Positions 46,980 to 55,883 of a DNA stretch of 64,000 nucleotides are shown in pieces. The position numbers and the translations under genes are program-made. The stretch is from Nitrosopumilaceae archaeon. GTDB lineage: Archaea; Thermoproteota; Nitrososphaeria; Nitrososphaerales; Nitrosopumilaceae. Under the pieces are notes generated by a model that was given only the letters and a program-made list of their open reading frames with translations, did no database searches and had not been told where the DNA came from. The stretch is taken from assembly GCA_052389415.1 (NCBI GenBank), contig JBQTHX010000030.1, positions 32,001 to 96,000 on the forward strand, in the 5' to 3' direction. Within the stretch, counting starts at the first letter, position 1. The number at the start of each line of letters is the position of its first letter.

Positions 46980-47546
46980 TTGTACTTGGAAAGAACTCAA
47001 CCTAGAAAGTATGAAGAGTACGCATACGTTTTAGATTTTGTACCTAGGGGAAAATCTAGAACAGTTAGGGGACGCGATGGAATTATTATAACAGCATTAG
47101 GTGAGGACAGACTAACTATTCTAGAACTATTAGGGGTACCAAATTCTACCTTTGAAATTGGAGAAAGAGTGTACATAGGAAAAGAAGGAAGAACTAAGGT
47201 TCTCTCGGTATTGGGAAGATTGGAACATGATAACATTTCAGCATCGGCACAAAGTGAACTTGGGGGCGTAGTGGAAAAAATTGTTGTACAAAACGAACAA
47301 AGATTTGTGGATTATCTAAACAACGCACAACCTCTAACACCAAGAATTCATGCACTGGAATTAATCCCGGGCATTGGTAAGACATACATGAAAACTATGC
47401 TTGAGGAACGTGAAAAGAAAAAATTCACAGACTTTAAGGACTTGCAAGATAGAGTTGGATTAAAAGAGCCTATAAAACAAATTGCAAAGAGGATACTTGA
47501 AGAAATAACAGGTGAGTCAAGAATGAACCTCTTTGTCAGACGATGA
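46980..47546 (+). CDS. DUF655 family putative RNA-binding protein
   Basis: 'EEYAYVLDF', 'RIHALELIPGIGK'. Confidence 0.92.
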   Translation: MYLERTQPRKYEEYAYVLDFVPRGKSRTVRGRDGIIITALGEDRLTILELLGVPNSTFEIGERVYIGKEGRTKVLSVLGRLEHDNISASAQSELGGVVEKIVVQNEQRFVDYLNNAQPLTPRIHALELIPGIGKTYMKTMLEEREKKKFTDFKDLQDRVGLKEPIKQIAKRILEEITGESRMNLFVRR

Positions 47547-48250
47547 ATAGGCGCCATTCTCTAGGACAACACTTTCTTATTTCAGAATCAATCGCAAAAT
47601 CAATCGTTGACTATGCAAACATAACAAAAAAGGATACAGTGCTGGAGATTGGTACAGGAAAGGGAATACTACTGCCTTTCCTTTGCAAATCTGCAAATAA
47701 AGTATTGTCGATAGAAACAGATAGACATCTTTACCTTAAAGCATCAAAGAAATTTGCGAATTTTGTAAATCTAGAATTGATTAACAGCGATGGATTCGCA
47801 CAAGATCTAGAATTTTCTATCTTGGTATCAAACTTGCCATATTCTGAAAGTCGCAGGGCTATAGAATGGTTAATCCAAAAGAAATATTCTCACGCCGTAA
47901 TAATGGTCCAAAAGGAATTTGCTGAAAAACTTGCAGCAGTAGATGGTAAGAGTCGTAGGGCAATTACAGTCCTTGCTAACTATGGTGCAAAAATAGAGTC
48001 TTTATTAGAAGTAAAAAAATCTCATTTTTCTCCACAACCAAAAGTAGATTCTACTGTTCTAAGATTGACAAAAACTCATCTAATTCCAAAGTCTCTCATA
48101 ACTATAGTAAATAGGCTCTTCTCATATAGACGAAAAACAATTCATAACATAGGCAAAGAGTTTGGAATCTTGATAGATTCAAACAAAAGACTAGAAGATT
48201 TAACAAATGATGAGATAATAAAACTTGCCAAACAAATTGACAAAAACTGA
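47543..48250 (+). CDS. rsmA: 16S rRNA adenine dimethyltransferase KsgA/Dim1
   Basis: 'LGQHFL', 'LEIGTGKG', 'VSNLPY', 'MVQKEFA', 'PQPKVDS'. Confidence 0.95.
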   Translation: MNRRHSLGQHFLISESIAKSIVDYANITKKDTVLEIGTGKGILLPFLCKSANKVLSIETDRHLYLKASKKFANFVNLELINSDGFAQDLEFSILVSNLPYSESRRAIEWLIQKKYSHAVIMVQKEFAEKLAAVDGKSRRAITVLANYGAKIESLLEVKKSHFSPQPKVDSTVLRLTKTHLIPKSLITIVNRLFSYRRKTIHNIGKEFGILIDSNKRLEDLTNDEIIKLAKQIDKN

Positions 48251-48758
48251 ACACTACTCTCCAGCAGAAGACAGTATATTTTTTGCAAATTACATAGAGC
48301 ATGAAAAAGGAAAAAATGCTCTAGACATTGGCACTGGTTCTGGTTATCTTGCTAAAGTTCTATTACCCAACTTTAACTTCGTAGTAGCTACAGACATTAG
48401 TTTTGATTCTCTGAAGGAAGCACAATCTGTAATAGATAATTGTGTTTGCTGCAATACTGCGGAAGCACTGAGAATAGAGTTTGATCTAGTCATTTGTAAC
48501 ATGCCGTATTTGCCTTCTAACGAAATAGTAGATGTAGCAGTAGATGGTTTGCATGAAGGACTAGAAGTTCCAATAGGGATTATTAAAGCGGCTAGAAACG
48601 TCTTGAAAAAAAATGGCAAGATGATTTTCTTGACATCTTCACTATCTAACTATATAAAATTGATAAAGCTAACTGAATCTCTAGGATTTCAAGTAAAAAT
48701 AGTTGCAACAAAGAAATTGTTCTTTGAAGAATTAATTCTTGTTGAGGCAATAAAATAA
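48225..48758 (+). CDS. HemK2/PrmC-related SAM-dependent methyltransferase
   Basis: 'YSPAEDS', 'LDIGTGSG', 'NMPYLP', 'LFFEEL'. Confidence 0.9.
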   Translation: MPNKLTKTEHYSPAEDSIFFANYIEHEKGKNALDIGTGSGYLAKVLLPNFNFVVATDISFDSLKEAQSVIDNCVCCNTAEALRIEFDLVICNMPYLPSNEIVDVAVDGLHEGLEVPIGIIKAARNVLKKNGKMIFLTSSLSNYIKLIKLTESLGFQVKIVATKKLFFEELILVEAIK

Positions 48759-49796
48759 TTATTTTCTAAGTTTTTGTTTTGCTATTTCTGCAATTGAATC
48801 AGCCATTTTTGATGTAGATGCATTTCCTCCAATATCATAAGTAACAAATTTTCCTTCATTAATTACCTGCTCTGTGGCAGCAAAGATTGCATCTTTTATT
48901 TGGGGTTCGCCAAGATATTCAACCATCCATGCTCCGGAAAGTATGGCAGCTGTGGGATTTACCTTGTTCATACCCTTGTATTTGGGTGCGCTTCCATGTG
49001 CTGGCTCAAACATTGCATAAGAGTCGCCAATATTGGCAGAATACACATTTCCGATAGAACCAATGTTTCCTGAAGCACATTCTGAAATAATATCCATGAA
49101 CAGATTGGTACTCAACAAAATAGAATCATTGAATCTCTCTGGATTTTTGACTAGTTGTTGTGTCATGTTATCTATGTAATATTCTTCAACATTAATTCCA
49201 GGATTCTCTCGGACAGCTTTTTCTACCTCGCTCCAGAATATTCCATCAGTCTCTTTGAGAATGTTTCGCTTTGTGATTGCAAAGATCTTTTTTAGATTAT
49301 GTTGCTTTGCAAAGGAAAACGCAGCACATACTATTCTTTGGCAACCTTTTCGCGTAGTCTTTCGTATTGCAATTGCAGCATCATCAGATATCTTGAATTC
49401 TATTCCTGAATAGAGTCCCTCGGTTGCCTCTCTAAAACAAACAAAATCAAGCTTTTTGTTTGGTGACAGTCTCTCGTATGTTTTGATCGGCCTTATGTTA
49501 CTGTAAAGCTGAAATTTCTGACGTATAGTAACAGCAACACTTCTTGGTGCATTTGGAATAGGGATAGTAGTTGTTGGTCCTTTGTAACATGCATTACTTT
49601 CCTCAAGAAGCTTCATCGTTGAGTCTGGGATGTAGGTTGCACCTCCATGTTTTTCCCATTGTTCAGAGCCAGCTTCACACAAAATCAATTCCGTCTGACT
49701 GTTACATGATTTTAAGACATTCATCATTGCATCAACAAGCTCAGGACCGGTACCGTCTCCTTTTATCACTGCTGCCTGCTTTGCCAAAACAGACAA
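48759..49796 (-). CDS. Isocitrate/isopropylmalate dehydrogenase family protein
   Basis: 'GDGTGPE', 'FREATEGLY', 'NLFMDIISE', 'FEPAHGSAP'. Confidence 0.93.
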   Translation of the reverse strand: MSVLAKQAAVIKGDGTGPELVDAMMNVLKSCNSQTELILCEAGSEQWEKHGGATYIPDSTMKLLEESNACYKGPTTTIPIPNAPRSVAVTIRQKFQLYSNIRPIKTYERLSPNKKLDFVCFREATEGLYSGIEFKISDDAAIAIRKTTRKGCQRIVCAAFSFAKQHNLKKIFAITKRNILKETDGIFWSEVEKAVRENPGINVEEYYIDNMTQQLVKNPERFNDSILLSTNLFMDIISECASGNIGSIGNVYSANIGDSYAMFEPAHGSAPKYKGMNKVNPTAAILSGAWMVEYLGEPQIKDAIFAATEQVINEGKFVTYDIGGNASTSKMADSIAEIAKQKLRK

Positions 49797-49921
49797 GTTT
49801 GTCGGACTAGTCTATTTAACTCTAACGAAGAAATTTTCGAATTTTATGAAAAATCCACATAGCACCATTACTTAATGAAAAAGCCAATCCTTAAACTATG
49901 ATTATGTATTGATAAAGAATC

Positions 49922-50668
49922 ATGAAAATAGTTCAACTCTCAGACATTCATGTAGGTTCTCAGTTTCGTGAAGAAATATTTGATAATGTAATTGATGAGG
50001 TAAATGATCTAGGACCTACTGCTGTACTGGTAACTGGTGATCTTACAAATGAAGGTCTGATGAAAGAATATGAAAAATGTAAAGCAAAATTTGCCAAATT
50101 AGAGGTAGAAAAAATAATTGCAATTAGTGGAAACCATGACTATAGAAATACTGGATACCTGTTATTCAAGAAATTCTTTCCATTTGAGACTGTAAACGTT
50201 CTTGACGATGATGTTGTTCTGATTACTTTGGGCACAGCAAGACCAGATAGAGATGAAGGCGAAGTGGGATATAGGCAAAACTTGTGGCTAGAACGAACCA
50301 TGAAGAAATATCCAAAAAGCACCAAGATTGTTGCAATGCATCATCATTTAATAGGAATTCCTGATAGTGGTACTGACAGAGTCACTGTAATTGATGCAGG
50401 CGACGTCTTACGAACGGCACTTTCTAGCAAAGTTGATCTGGTATTGTGCGGCCATAAACACAGACCATGGATATGGGATTTTGGAAACCTTTCAATAGTA
50501 AATGCTGGAACCACATCTTCTGAAAGAATGCGAGGTTTTTTTGAAAATACTTACAATATCATTACTATAGAAAAAAACAAGATTAAAGTAGATCTCAAAA
50601 TTGTAGGCGGAAAACGTTTTCCATTAAAAGATCTTGTAACAAACTATACTCGATTTGGCGATGAGTAA
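49922..50668 (+). CDS. Calcineurin-like metallophosphoesterase (Icc/CpdA-like)
   Basis: SDIH, TGDL, GNHD, HHH, GHKH motifs. Confidence 0.94.
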   Translation: MKIVQLSDIHVGSQFREEIFDNVIDEVNDLGPTAVLVTGDLTNEGLMKEYEKCKAKFAKLEVEKIIAISGNHDYRNTGYLLFKKFFPFETVNVLDDDVVLITLGTARPDRDEGEVGYRQNLWLERTMKKYPKSTKIVAMHHHLIGIPDSGTDRVTVIDAGDVLRTALSSKVDLVLCGHKHRPWIWDFGNLSIVNAGTTSSERMRGFFENTYNIITIEKNKIKVDLKIVGGKRFPLKDLVTNYTRFGDE

Positions 50669-50706
50669 GCTAGATTAATTAACAGTTAGAATTTTCAGCA
50701 CCTTGT

Positions 50707-50790
50707 GCGGGGGTCGCCTAGCCTGGTAGGGCGTGGGATTGCTAATCCCATGTCCGCAAGGACCCGTGGGTTCGAATCCCACTCCCCGCG
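50707..50790 (+). tRNA. tRNA-Ser(GCT)
   Basis: GCGGGGGTCGCCTAGCCTGGTAGGGCGTGGGATTGCTAATCCCATGTCCGCAAGGACCCGTGGGTTCGAATCCCACTCCCCGCG; long variable arm; anticodon GCT. Confidence 0.96.
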
Positions 50791-50846
50791 CTTTTTGAAA
50801 ACTCAAACGCTTAGACTTAATAATCCGACTTTTTGAATGTCAAATA

Positions 50847-51008
50847 ATGGTGCGAAGGAAGACTGTAAAAGCAAAACCAAGTTCACCAAGAAATGCAACT
50901 ACTGGTCTGTGTCCAAAATGTGGTACGATTGGCAAGATTTTGATAATAGGTGCCACTGGTGTTGAGAAAGGCAAATGTCAATCTTGCAATTCTGAATTTA
51001 CACTATAG
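50847..51008 (+). CDS. Unlisted 53-aa CPxCG zinc-ribbon microprotein
   Basis: Hand translation MVRRKTVKAKPSSPRNATTGLCPKCGTIGKILIIGATGVEKGKCQSCNSEFTL; TATA-like 'cttaataa' upstream. Confidence 0.78.
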   Translation: MVRRKTVKAKPSSPRNATTGLCPKCGTIGKILIIGATGVEKGKCQSCNSEFTL

Positions 51009-51080
51009 AACAAAAATTGACTAGGCTATCAAAAAAATGACCCATAAATTTTTAAGGTCATTTTTGGGCTGTATATCAAT

Positions 51081-51254
51081 ATGAGTGCAGAAAATGAGGA
51101 ATCAATTTATGAACGAGTCGCAAGACTGGAAGATGAGATTGCAACTCTTAAAAATGAAATTGATGTCATTAAAGGTGCTATACGAAATAAAATAGCACGC
51201 CATGAGGTGTCACAAATAAAACATGGCAAAGATGTCTCATCAATTATTGACTAG
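51081..51254 (+). CDS. Unlisted 57-aa coiled-coil microprotein
   Basis: Hand translation MSAENEESIYERVARLEDEIATLKNEIDVIKGAIRNKIARHEVSQIKHGKDVSSIID; 'ttttaa' about 25 nt upstream; stop overlaps the convergent gene's stop. Confidence 0.75.
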   Translation: MSAENEESIYERVARLEDEIATLKNEIDVIKGAIRNKIARHEVSQIKHGKDVSSIID

Positions 51255-52069
51255 TTTCTTTCTTTGATACTTTTTATTAAATCTAAAATGTCATCAACAT
51301 CGTCTGCTTCTGGAGATAACTCCAAGTATCTGTTTAGTAATTCTATGGCTTTTCCATAATGAAGCAGTCTTGCTTCTAAGATGCCTCTGTCTCTAATCTC
51401 CTCTACAGCATTTGGTTCAATGCTGAGGATAAAATTGATGCTATGCATTGCCATTTCATAATTAAACGACTCGGTGTAAGAGTTTTTGAGGTTTCTTGAA
51501 ATACGAATCAAAATTTTTTCTGGCTCAACTTCATCTAAAAATTGTGGTACGAAATCTACCCCATTCCCATAACTTCTATAAAGAATCTCATGAAGGTCAT
51601 CTATTGTAAGTATCTTGCCGCCTTCAAAAGGATCAATAATCATTTCTTCTTTATGTTTTACAAGAAAATGACTCGGAAAACCTACTGGACGCAAATCAAG
51701 TCTTATATGTTTGGCAAGCTCGATATAGATTATAGATAATGTTATTGGAATGCCCATTTTTTTATCGATCACAACGTTTAGAAAGTTATTGTCAGGATTG
51801 TAGTAATCATTTTCATTTCCAGAAAAACCTAAGGTGTCAAACATGTACTCATTCAATCTAGAAATTAAGAGCGTTGGGTTTTTTACATCAGATATAGTGT
51901 CTCTTAATGTTTTTCCCATCGCATTCAGTTTATCCATGTATTCCGTTATGCTCAAATCTCGATATCCAAAAGTCTGAGCTAGCTTTAGAGATTTTTCTAC
52001 AAGTGATTGTCTTGAATCTGAAACATATGAGACCAGTTCAGCAACAAACGGATCAAAATCCTGACTCAT
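51251..52069 (-). CDS. SirB1/YchA-family transglutaminase-like protein with C-terminal TPR
   Basis: 'GFSGNENDYYNPDNNFLNVVIDKKMGIPITLS', 'PVGFPSHFLV', 'IDPFEGG', TPR 'EIRDRGIL'. Confidence 0.92.
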   Translation of the reverse strand: MSQDFDPFVAELVSYVSDSRQSLVEKSLKLAQTFGYRDLSITEYMDKLNAMGKTLRDTISDVKNPTLLISRLNEYMFDTLGFSGNENDYYNPDNNFLNVVIDKKMGIPITLSIIYIELAKHIRLDLRPVGFPSHFLVKHKEEMIIDPFEGGKILTIDDLHEILYRSYGNGVDFVPQFLDEVEPEKILIRISRNLKNSYTESFNYEMAMHSINFILSIEPNAVEEIRDRGILEARLLHYGKAIELLNRYLELSPEADDVDDILDLIKSIKERN

Positions 52070-53252
52070 AGCGTTGAAGATAGATCTCTGGGTTTTTTAG
52101 CTCTCTTGTAGTTGGTGGATTATCAATTAAAGTGTGATATGTATCCTTACCAATTTTTGCAAATATTGCCTCTGTGAAGTCCCTTCCCATGCTTTTTCTT
52201 ACTTGATACGCTGTGATATCGCTATCTGCAAAGGTTTCAAGATAATTTTGAAAATCATTATCATCTTTGAGAATATTTTGTACCGCAAATTCTGCCATGC
52301 CTTCCATAATTGTAAATGATGCGAGATGTGTCTGTATTGGCTTTAACCATCTCTGATAAATGTCTAGTAATTGTGGAATCATTTCGGAAATTTTAGGATC
52401 GACTGTTACTTTGCTAAAAGTCATGACATCAGGGCCTAACACTTGAACAATAAATGTGTCTGGGTTTAAAACGAAAAAGAGGTTTGCTCGTCTAGCTATT
52501 TGAAATTCTTCTGGTATTGTAGGTATTTGTAGATATTCAGAAAGTTTGTTTACAGTTTGATCATCCAATGATAAGATTATCCTGGCTAGCTCTTCATTTA
52601 TTGCATTAACCTCTCTTACTGCGTTTTTGTTTATCTCCTGAAGATTTGTCTGAATTGAATGAATTTGTTCTTCAAGTATTGTCATTTTTAATGCACCAAT
52701 ATATCCTGAATTTATTTGATTAAAATTTGATTCGTAAGGCTGACCCTTTTTTTGCAAAATTATCAGTGGGTAACTCTCTAAAACGAATCTATTCAAAAAA
52801 ATAACAGAATCAAGATAATCACCATACGTAGTAGATATCTTAGATATGTATGACTTTGCATATGTGGAATAAACAAGAAACTTTGCCGGGTCTTTTTTCA
52901 TAATCTCAGCTATCTTTTCTAACTTGTCAAGTGAAATTGCTGCGAAAAGATCATCTACAAACTCTGCAGAGTTAGCCGAGAATACTTTTTTTCCTTTTAG
53001 CTTTTTGAATTCGGCTAGATCCAGAAAATCAATTTTTGTTTCTGGGGAAACATTGATACCTGTAAACTCCTTTACTTTTTCTGCCATTTTTAGAAAAATT
53101 GAGGATGCGAGTACTTTGATATCTTCGAATTTTATTACGGGAGATAATGCCTGAAGGGCTACAGAAGATTTTGAAGCTATTTCTTTCTCTTCATTTGTCT
53201 CAACTGACAATTGGTCCATTAGCGCTAGAGCAAATTCTTCAAACTCTTCCAT
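52053..53252 (-). CDS. Zincin-like (DUF2342/Zincin_2-type) putative metallopeptidase with an EExxH variant motif
   Basis: 'ILEEQIHSIQ', 'IMEGMAEF', C-terminal 'GRDF...NPPTTRELKNPEIY'. Confidence 0.75.
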   Translation of the reverse strand: MEEFEEFALALMDQLSVETNEEKEIASKSSVALQALSPVIKFEDIKVLASSIFLKMAEKVKEFTGINVSPETKIDFLDLAEFKKLKGKKVFSANSAEFVDDLFAAISLDKLEKIAEIMKKDPAKFLVYSTYAKSYISKISTTYGDYLDSVIFLNRFVLESYPLIILQKKGQPYESNFNQINSGYIGALKMTILEEQIHSIQTNLQEINKNAVREVNAINEELARIILSLDDQTVNKLSEYLQIPTIPEEFQIARRANLFFVLNPDTFIVQVLGPDVMTFSKVTVDPKISEMIPQLLDIYQRWLKPIQTHLASFTIMEGMAEFAVQNILKDDNDFQNYLETFADSDITAYQVRKSMGRDFTEAIFAKIGKDTYHTLIDNPPTTRELKNPEIYLQRYESGF

Positions 53253-53292
53253 CTCAAATGGTGATGTTATGAACTAATTTAACATTAATTAT

Positions 53293-53464
53293 TATCATCT
53301 TGAAAAGTTTTCAGGATTGATGCACCGAATGCTTTATCCAAAGACAGTAATTTTGATTTTTGCCTCAGGAAGATTGGTTTGTGTACTGCTGCAAAAAGGA
53401 AACCTGAGTGTACAGGCAAGTGCACAACCTAGCGATGGTTGAGTAAAAAGAACTCATGATATAC
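53293..53464 (+). pseudogene. tbp: Degraded C-terminal fragment of a TATA-binding protein gene
   Basis: YHLEKFSGLMHRMLYPKTVILIFASGRLVC, frameshift, TAAK, frameshift, VYRQVHNLAMVE*KELMIY; matches the TBP repeat consensus YEPEQFPGL.hR...PK.v.LIF.SGKLVCTGAK. Confidence 0.85.
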
Positions 53465-53541
53465 TATCTACGAGTAGTTTTTATCTACAAGTTATTCTTT
53501 TTCGATGAAATCTGAACTATGAGACCATTCTTATTGAACAT

Positions 53542-53940
53542 ATGCATACATCATACATGCAAGCAAGATGTAAGGTTGGATTCAATTTTACTACAGTAGA
53601 TTCGCCTTATTACATAGGTGGAATATGTGATCCTTTGATTGACCTGATAGATATTGAAAAGAAACTGCCTGCTCACATCAAGAAATCACAGTACAAAAAA
53701 GAAAGAGGTTCAACAAAAGTATCTGTAGAATATTTCATAAGTTATGATGAATCGGATCTTCCAACGCAAGAGAGTTCTCTTGCAAAATTCATTGGTAGAG
53801 ATCCCTACGAAGAGTTACTTGAAAATGATATAGATCTAATAAAAAACCTCATAAAAAAGACATATGGTGTAAGCAAAAATCAAAATGATAAAATCGAACA
53901 CAAAATAATACTTGAAGATAATAAATTAATCAAGGTTTAA
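53542..53940 (+). CDS. Hypothetical (orphan-like) protein
   Basis: 132-aa ORF between the TBP relic and the tRNA-Met 3' end; no recognised motif. Confidence 0.6.
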   Translation: MHTSYMQARCKVGFNFTTVDSPYYIGGICDPLIDLIDIEKKLPAHIKKSQYKKERGSTKVSVEYFISYDESDLPTQESSLAKFIGRDPYEELLENDIDLIKNLIKKTYGVSKNQNDKIEHKIILEDNKLIKV

Positions 53941-54047
53941 CTTTGATTCTGGGGTCCAAATGGTGAAGGGATTCCTTTGTGGCAGCGTTAACTTTTTGCT
54001 TCAAACAGCCCAATTACACATGTAGGGGTTTTGTACTTTTAGGTGTA

Positions 54048-54142
54048 TACCGGGGGTGGGTTTCGAACCCACGACCTCCAGATTATGAGTATTACCCTTT
54101 GTGAGGAGACTGGCACTCTAGGCCAGGCTGAGCTACCCCGGC
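54048..54142 (-). tRNA. tRNA-Met(CAT), elongator type, with a 19-nt intron at position 30/31 (54091-54109)
   Basis: Reverse complement GCCGGGGTAGCTCAGCCTGGCCTAGAGTGCCAG[TCTCCTCACAAAGGGTAAT]ACTCATAATCTGGAGGTCGTGGGTTCGAAACCCACCCCCGGTA; removing the intron restores CCAGA-CTCATAA-TCTGG. Confidence 0.93.
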
Positions 54143-54181
54143 ACAAATTACGCCTAACTTCTTGATGCAATTAAATGTAGC

Positions 54182-55750
54182 TTACTGGACGTTTGCAATT
54201 TTTTTCCAATCTACATCTGTTTTTGTAACCCACTGGAATTTCTTTTGAAGAGCAGAAGTATAGAGTTTCTCCCACTCTAAACCCACTTGATCAGTCCACG
54301 CTTTGAAGACTCTTGGGTCTATGTAGTTTCTAAGTGAGGTTCCCAAGTTATAATCTCTGGTTTTTTCTGTAAGCTCTATTGTAAGCTTCATTTTTTCCTC
54401 TCTAAGTTTTAGTTTTTCTTTTTGTTTTTCAGTCTTGGGTGTTGTTTCCTTTAATTTCTTCAAGGTATCTTTCTTTTTTTGTAATGATTCTTCAAAGCTC
54501 TTTGGAATTGTTCTTTTGTGATTACAGGTAATCGCAGCCTCAAGATTTGCTAGTTTAGCATGATATATCTTGAGATTTTCTGACTTTGAATTCAAATCAT
54601 TGATTTTTTTAAGATAATCAGTAACTACAGAGGTTGCCAGATACGTTCTAAAGACTTTGGCGGTTAATCCTTTTACTATCTTTCCAAGAAATTCATTCAC
54701 ATGTCTTGACGTGATGTCATGAAAAATCTGCTCATCTGGTTTTTTCTTTTCTGTAAACTTTTTCAGATTATCATAAAGTGTTTTATCTTGGCCTTTTATT
54801 GGATATGATTTTTGCCACCGTACGCTATCTTTTCCAAGAAAATCAAACTCTATTGCATCTGGTTTTAGCTTGAGATGCTCTACTCTTAATGTAGTTGCGC
54901 CTACCGTATCTGCCTCATCAGGGTCTTTTTCGTCTCCTACCCTCATTGCAGTTTTATAAATTAAATAACATACGGTAGCAACTCTTCTTACTTTCTCATC
55001 GCGATCTGTCATTTCCTCTACAACCTTGTTTAGTATCTTGTCAATGTGTTCTGAAAGCTTTATGGCTTTGTCATACTTCATTTTGTCTCGCTCTTGTTTT
55101 AGATCGGACATATCAGAAAGCCAAACATACTTTCGCTTTTGTGTAAGATAATCTTCCCAACTTGCAAGCCACATAAAATCCGATTCGTGAATTATCTTTC
55201 CCCAGTTTCCTTCTGGTACCTTTGCTTCTTTACCCAAGTTTAGTGTTACATCTTTTTGAGTAATTCTTGGTTTCCATCTGCCTCTGAGCGGATGATCACC
55301 TCTGCCGATGAATAGACCTGGAGGTTCCGCCATCCAATTAGCAACATCAACTTGCTTTCCATCAATTATTGCTACTCCATACTTTGCTTTCATTTTTTCT
55401 TTTATCTCTTTCCGCTGTAAAGCAACCTTCTTTTTTTGCTCTTTATCCAACGTCAGCTTGGAATCTTTCTCTTTATCTACAACTTTGTTTGCTTCGGAAA
55501 AATCGATATCTGAAAGTGAAATTTTGCTGTATTTTTCAGGAAGAACCTTTATAAAGTCTTCAAGGAAGTTTTTACAAAAGACCTTGTCCTGAACATATGG
55601 TGTGTCTTTTTTCTTTGCCCACTGATAGACCATCTCTTCTTGGTCCAAGCTCAATGGTATTTTTTCTCCCTTTATCTTGACAGTTATCCTCTTAGTCTCA
55701 AAGGGCGGAGGAAAAGCTATGCCATTATGTTGTAAGGTTTTCCATTTCAT
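54182..55750 (-). CDS. top1B: DNA topoisomerase IB (eukaryote-like)
   Basis: 'KWKTLQHNG', 'EPPGLFIGRGDHP', catalytic R (AMRVG), K (FLGKDS), R (KVFRTY), H (CNHKR), Y (NYIDP). Confidence 0.97.
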   Translation of the reverse strand: MKWKTLQHNGIAFPPPFETKRITVKIKGEKIPLSLDQEEMVYQWAKKKDTPYVQDKVFCKNFLEDFIKVLPEKYSKISLSDIDFSEANKVVDKEKDSKLTLDKEQKKKVALQRKEIKEKMKAKYGVAIIDGKQVDVANWMAEPPGLFIGRGDHPLRGRWKPRITQKDVTLNLGKEAKVPEGNWGKIIHESDFMWLASWEDYLTQKRKYVWLSDMSDLKQERDKMKYDKAIKLSEHIDKILNKVVEEMTDRDEKVRRVATVCYLIYKTAMRVGDEKDPDEADTVGATTLRVEHLKLKPDAIEFDFLGKDSVRWQKSYPIKGQDKTLYDNLKKFTEKKKPDEQIFHDITSRHVNEFLGKIVKGLTAKVFRTYLATSVVTDYLKKINDLNSKSENLKIYHAKLANLEAAITCNHKRTIPKSFEESLQKKKDTLKKLKETTPKTEKQKEKLKLREEKMKLTIELTEKTRDYNLGTSLRNYIDPRVFKAWTDQVGLEWEKLYTSALQKKFQWVTKTDVDWKKIANVQ

Positions 55751-55883
55751 TTTGAAATATCACCAATCTAGTGTGCCTAAATTTGTTGACTTTGATAAAT
55801 TTTGACTGGGAGTGTATATCAATCTAACCACGTTCACGCGTAGGAATACTTATGCCCATCCAAGAAATCACAGATTGATATAA

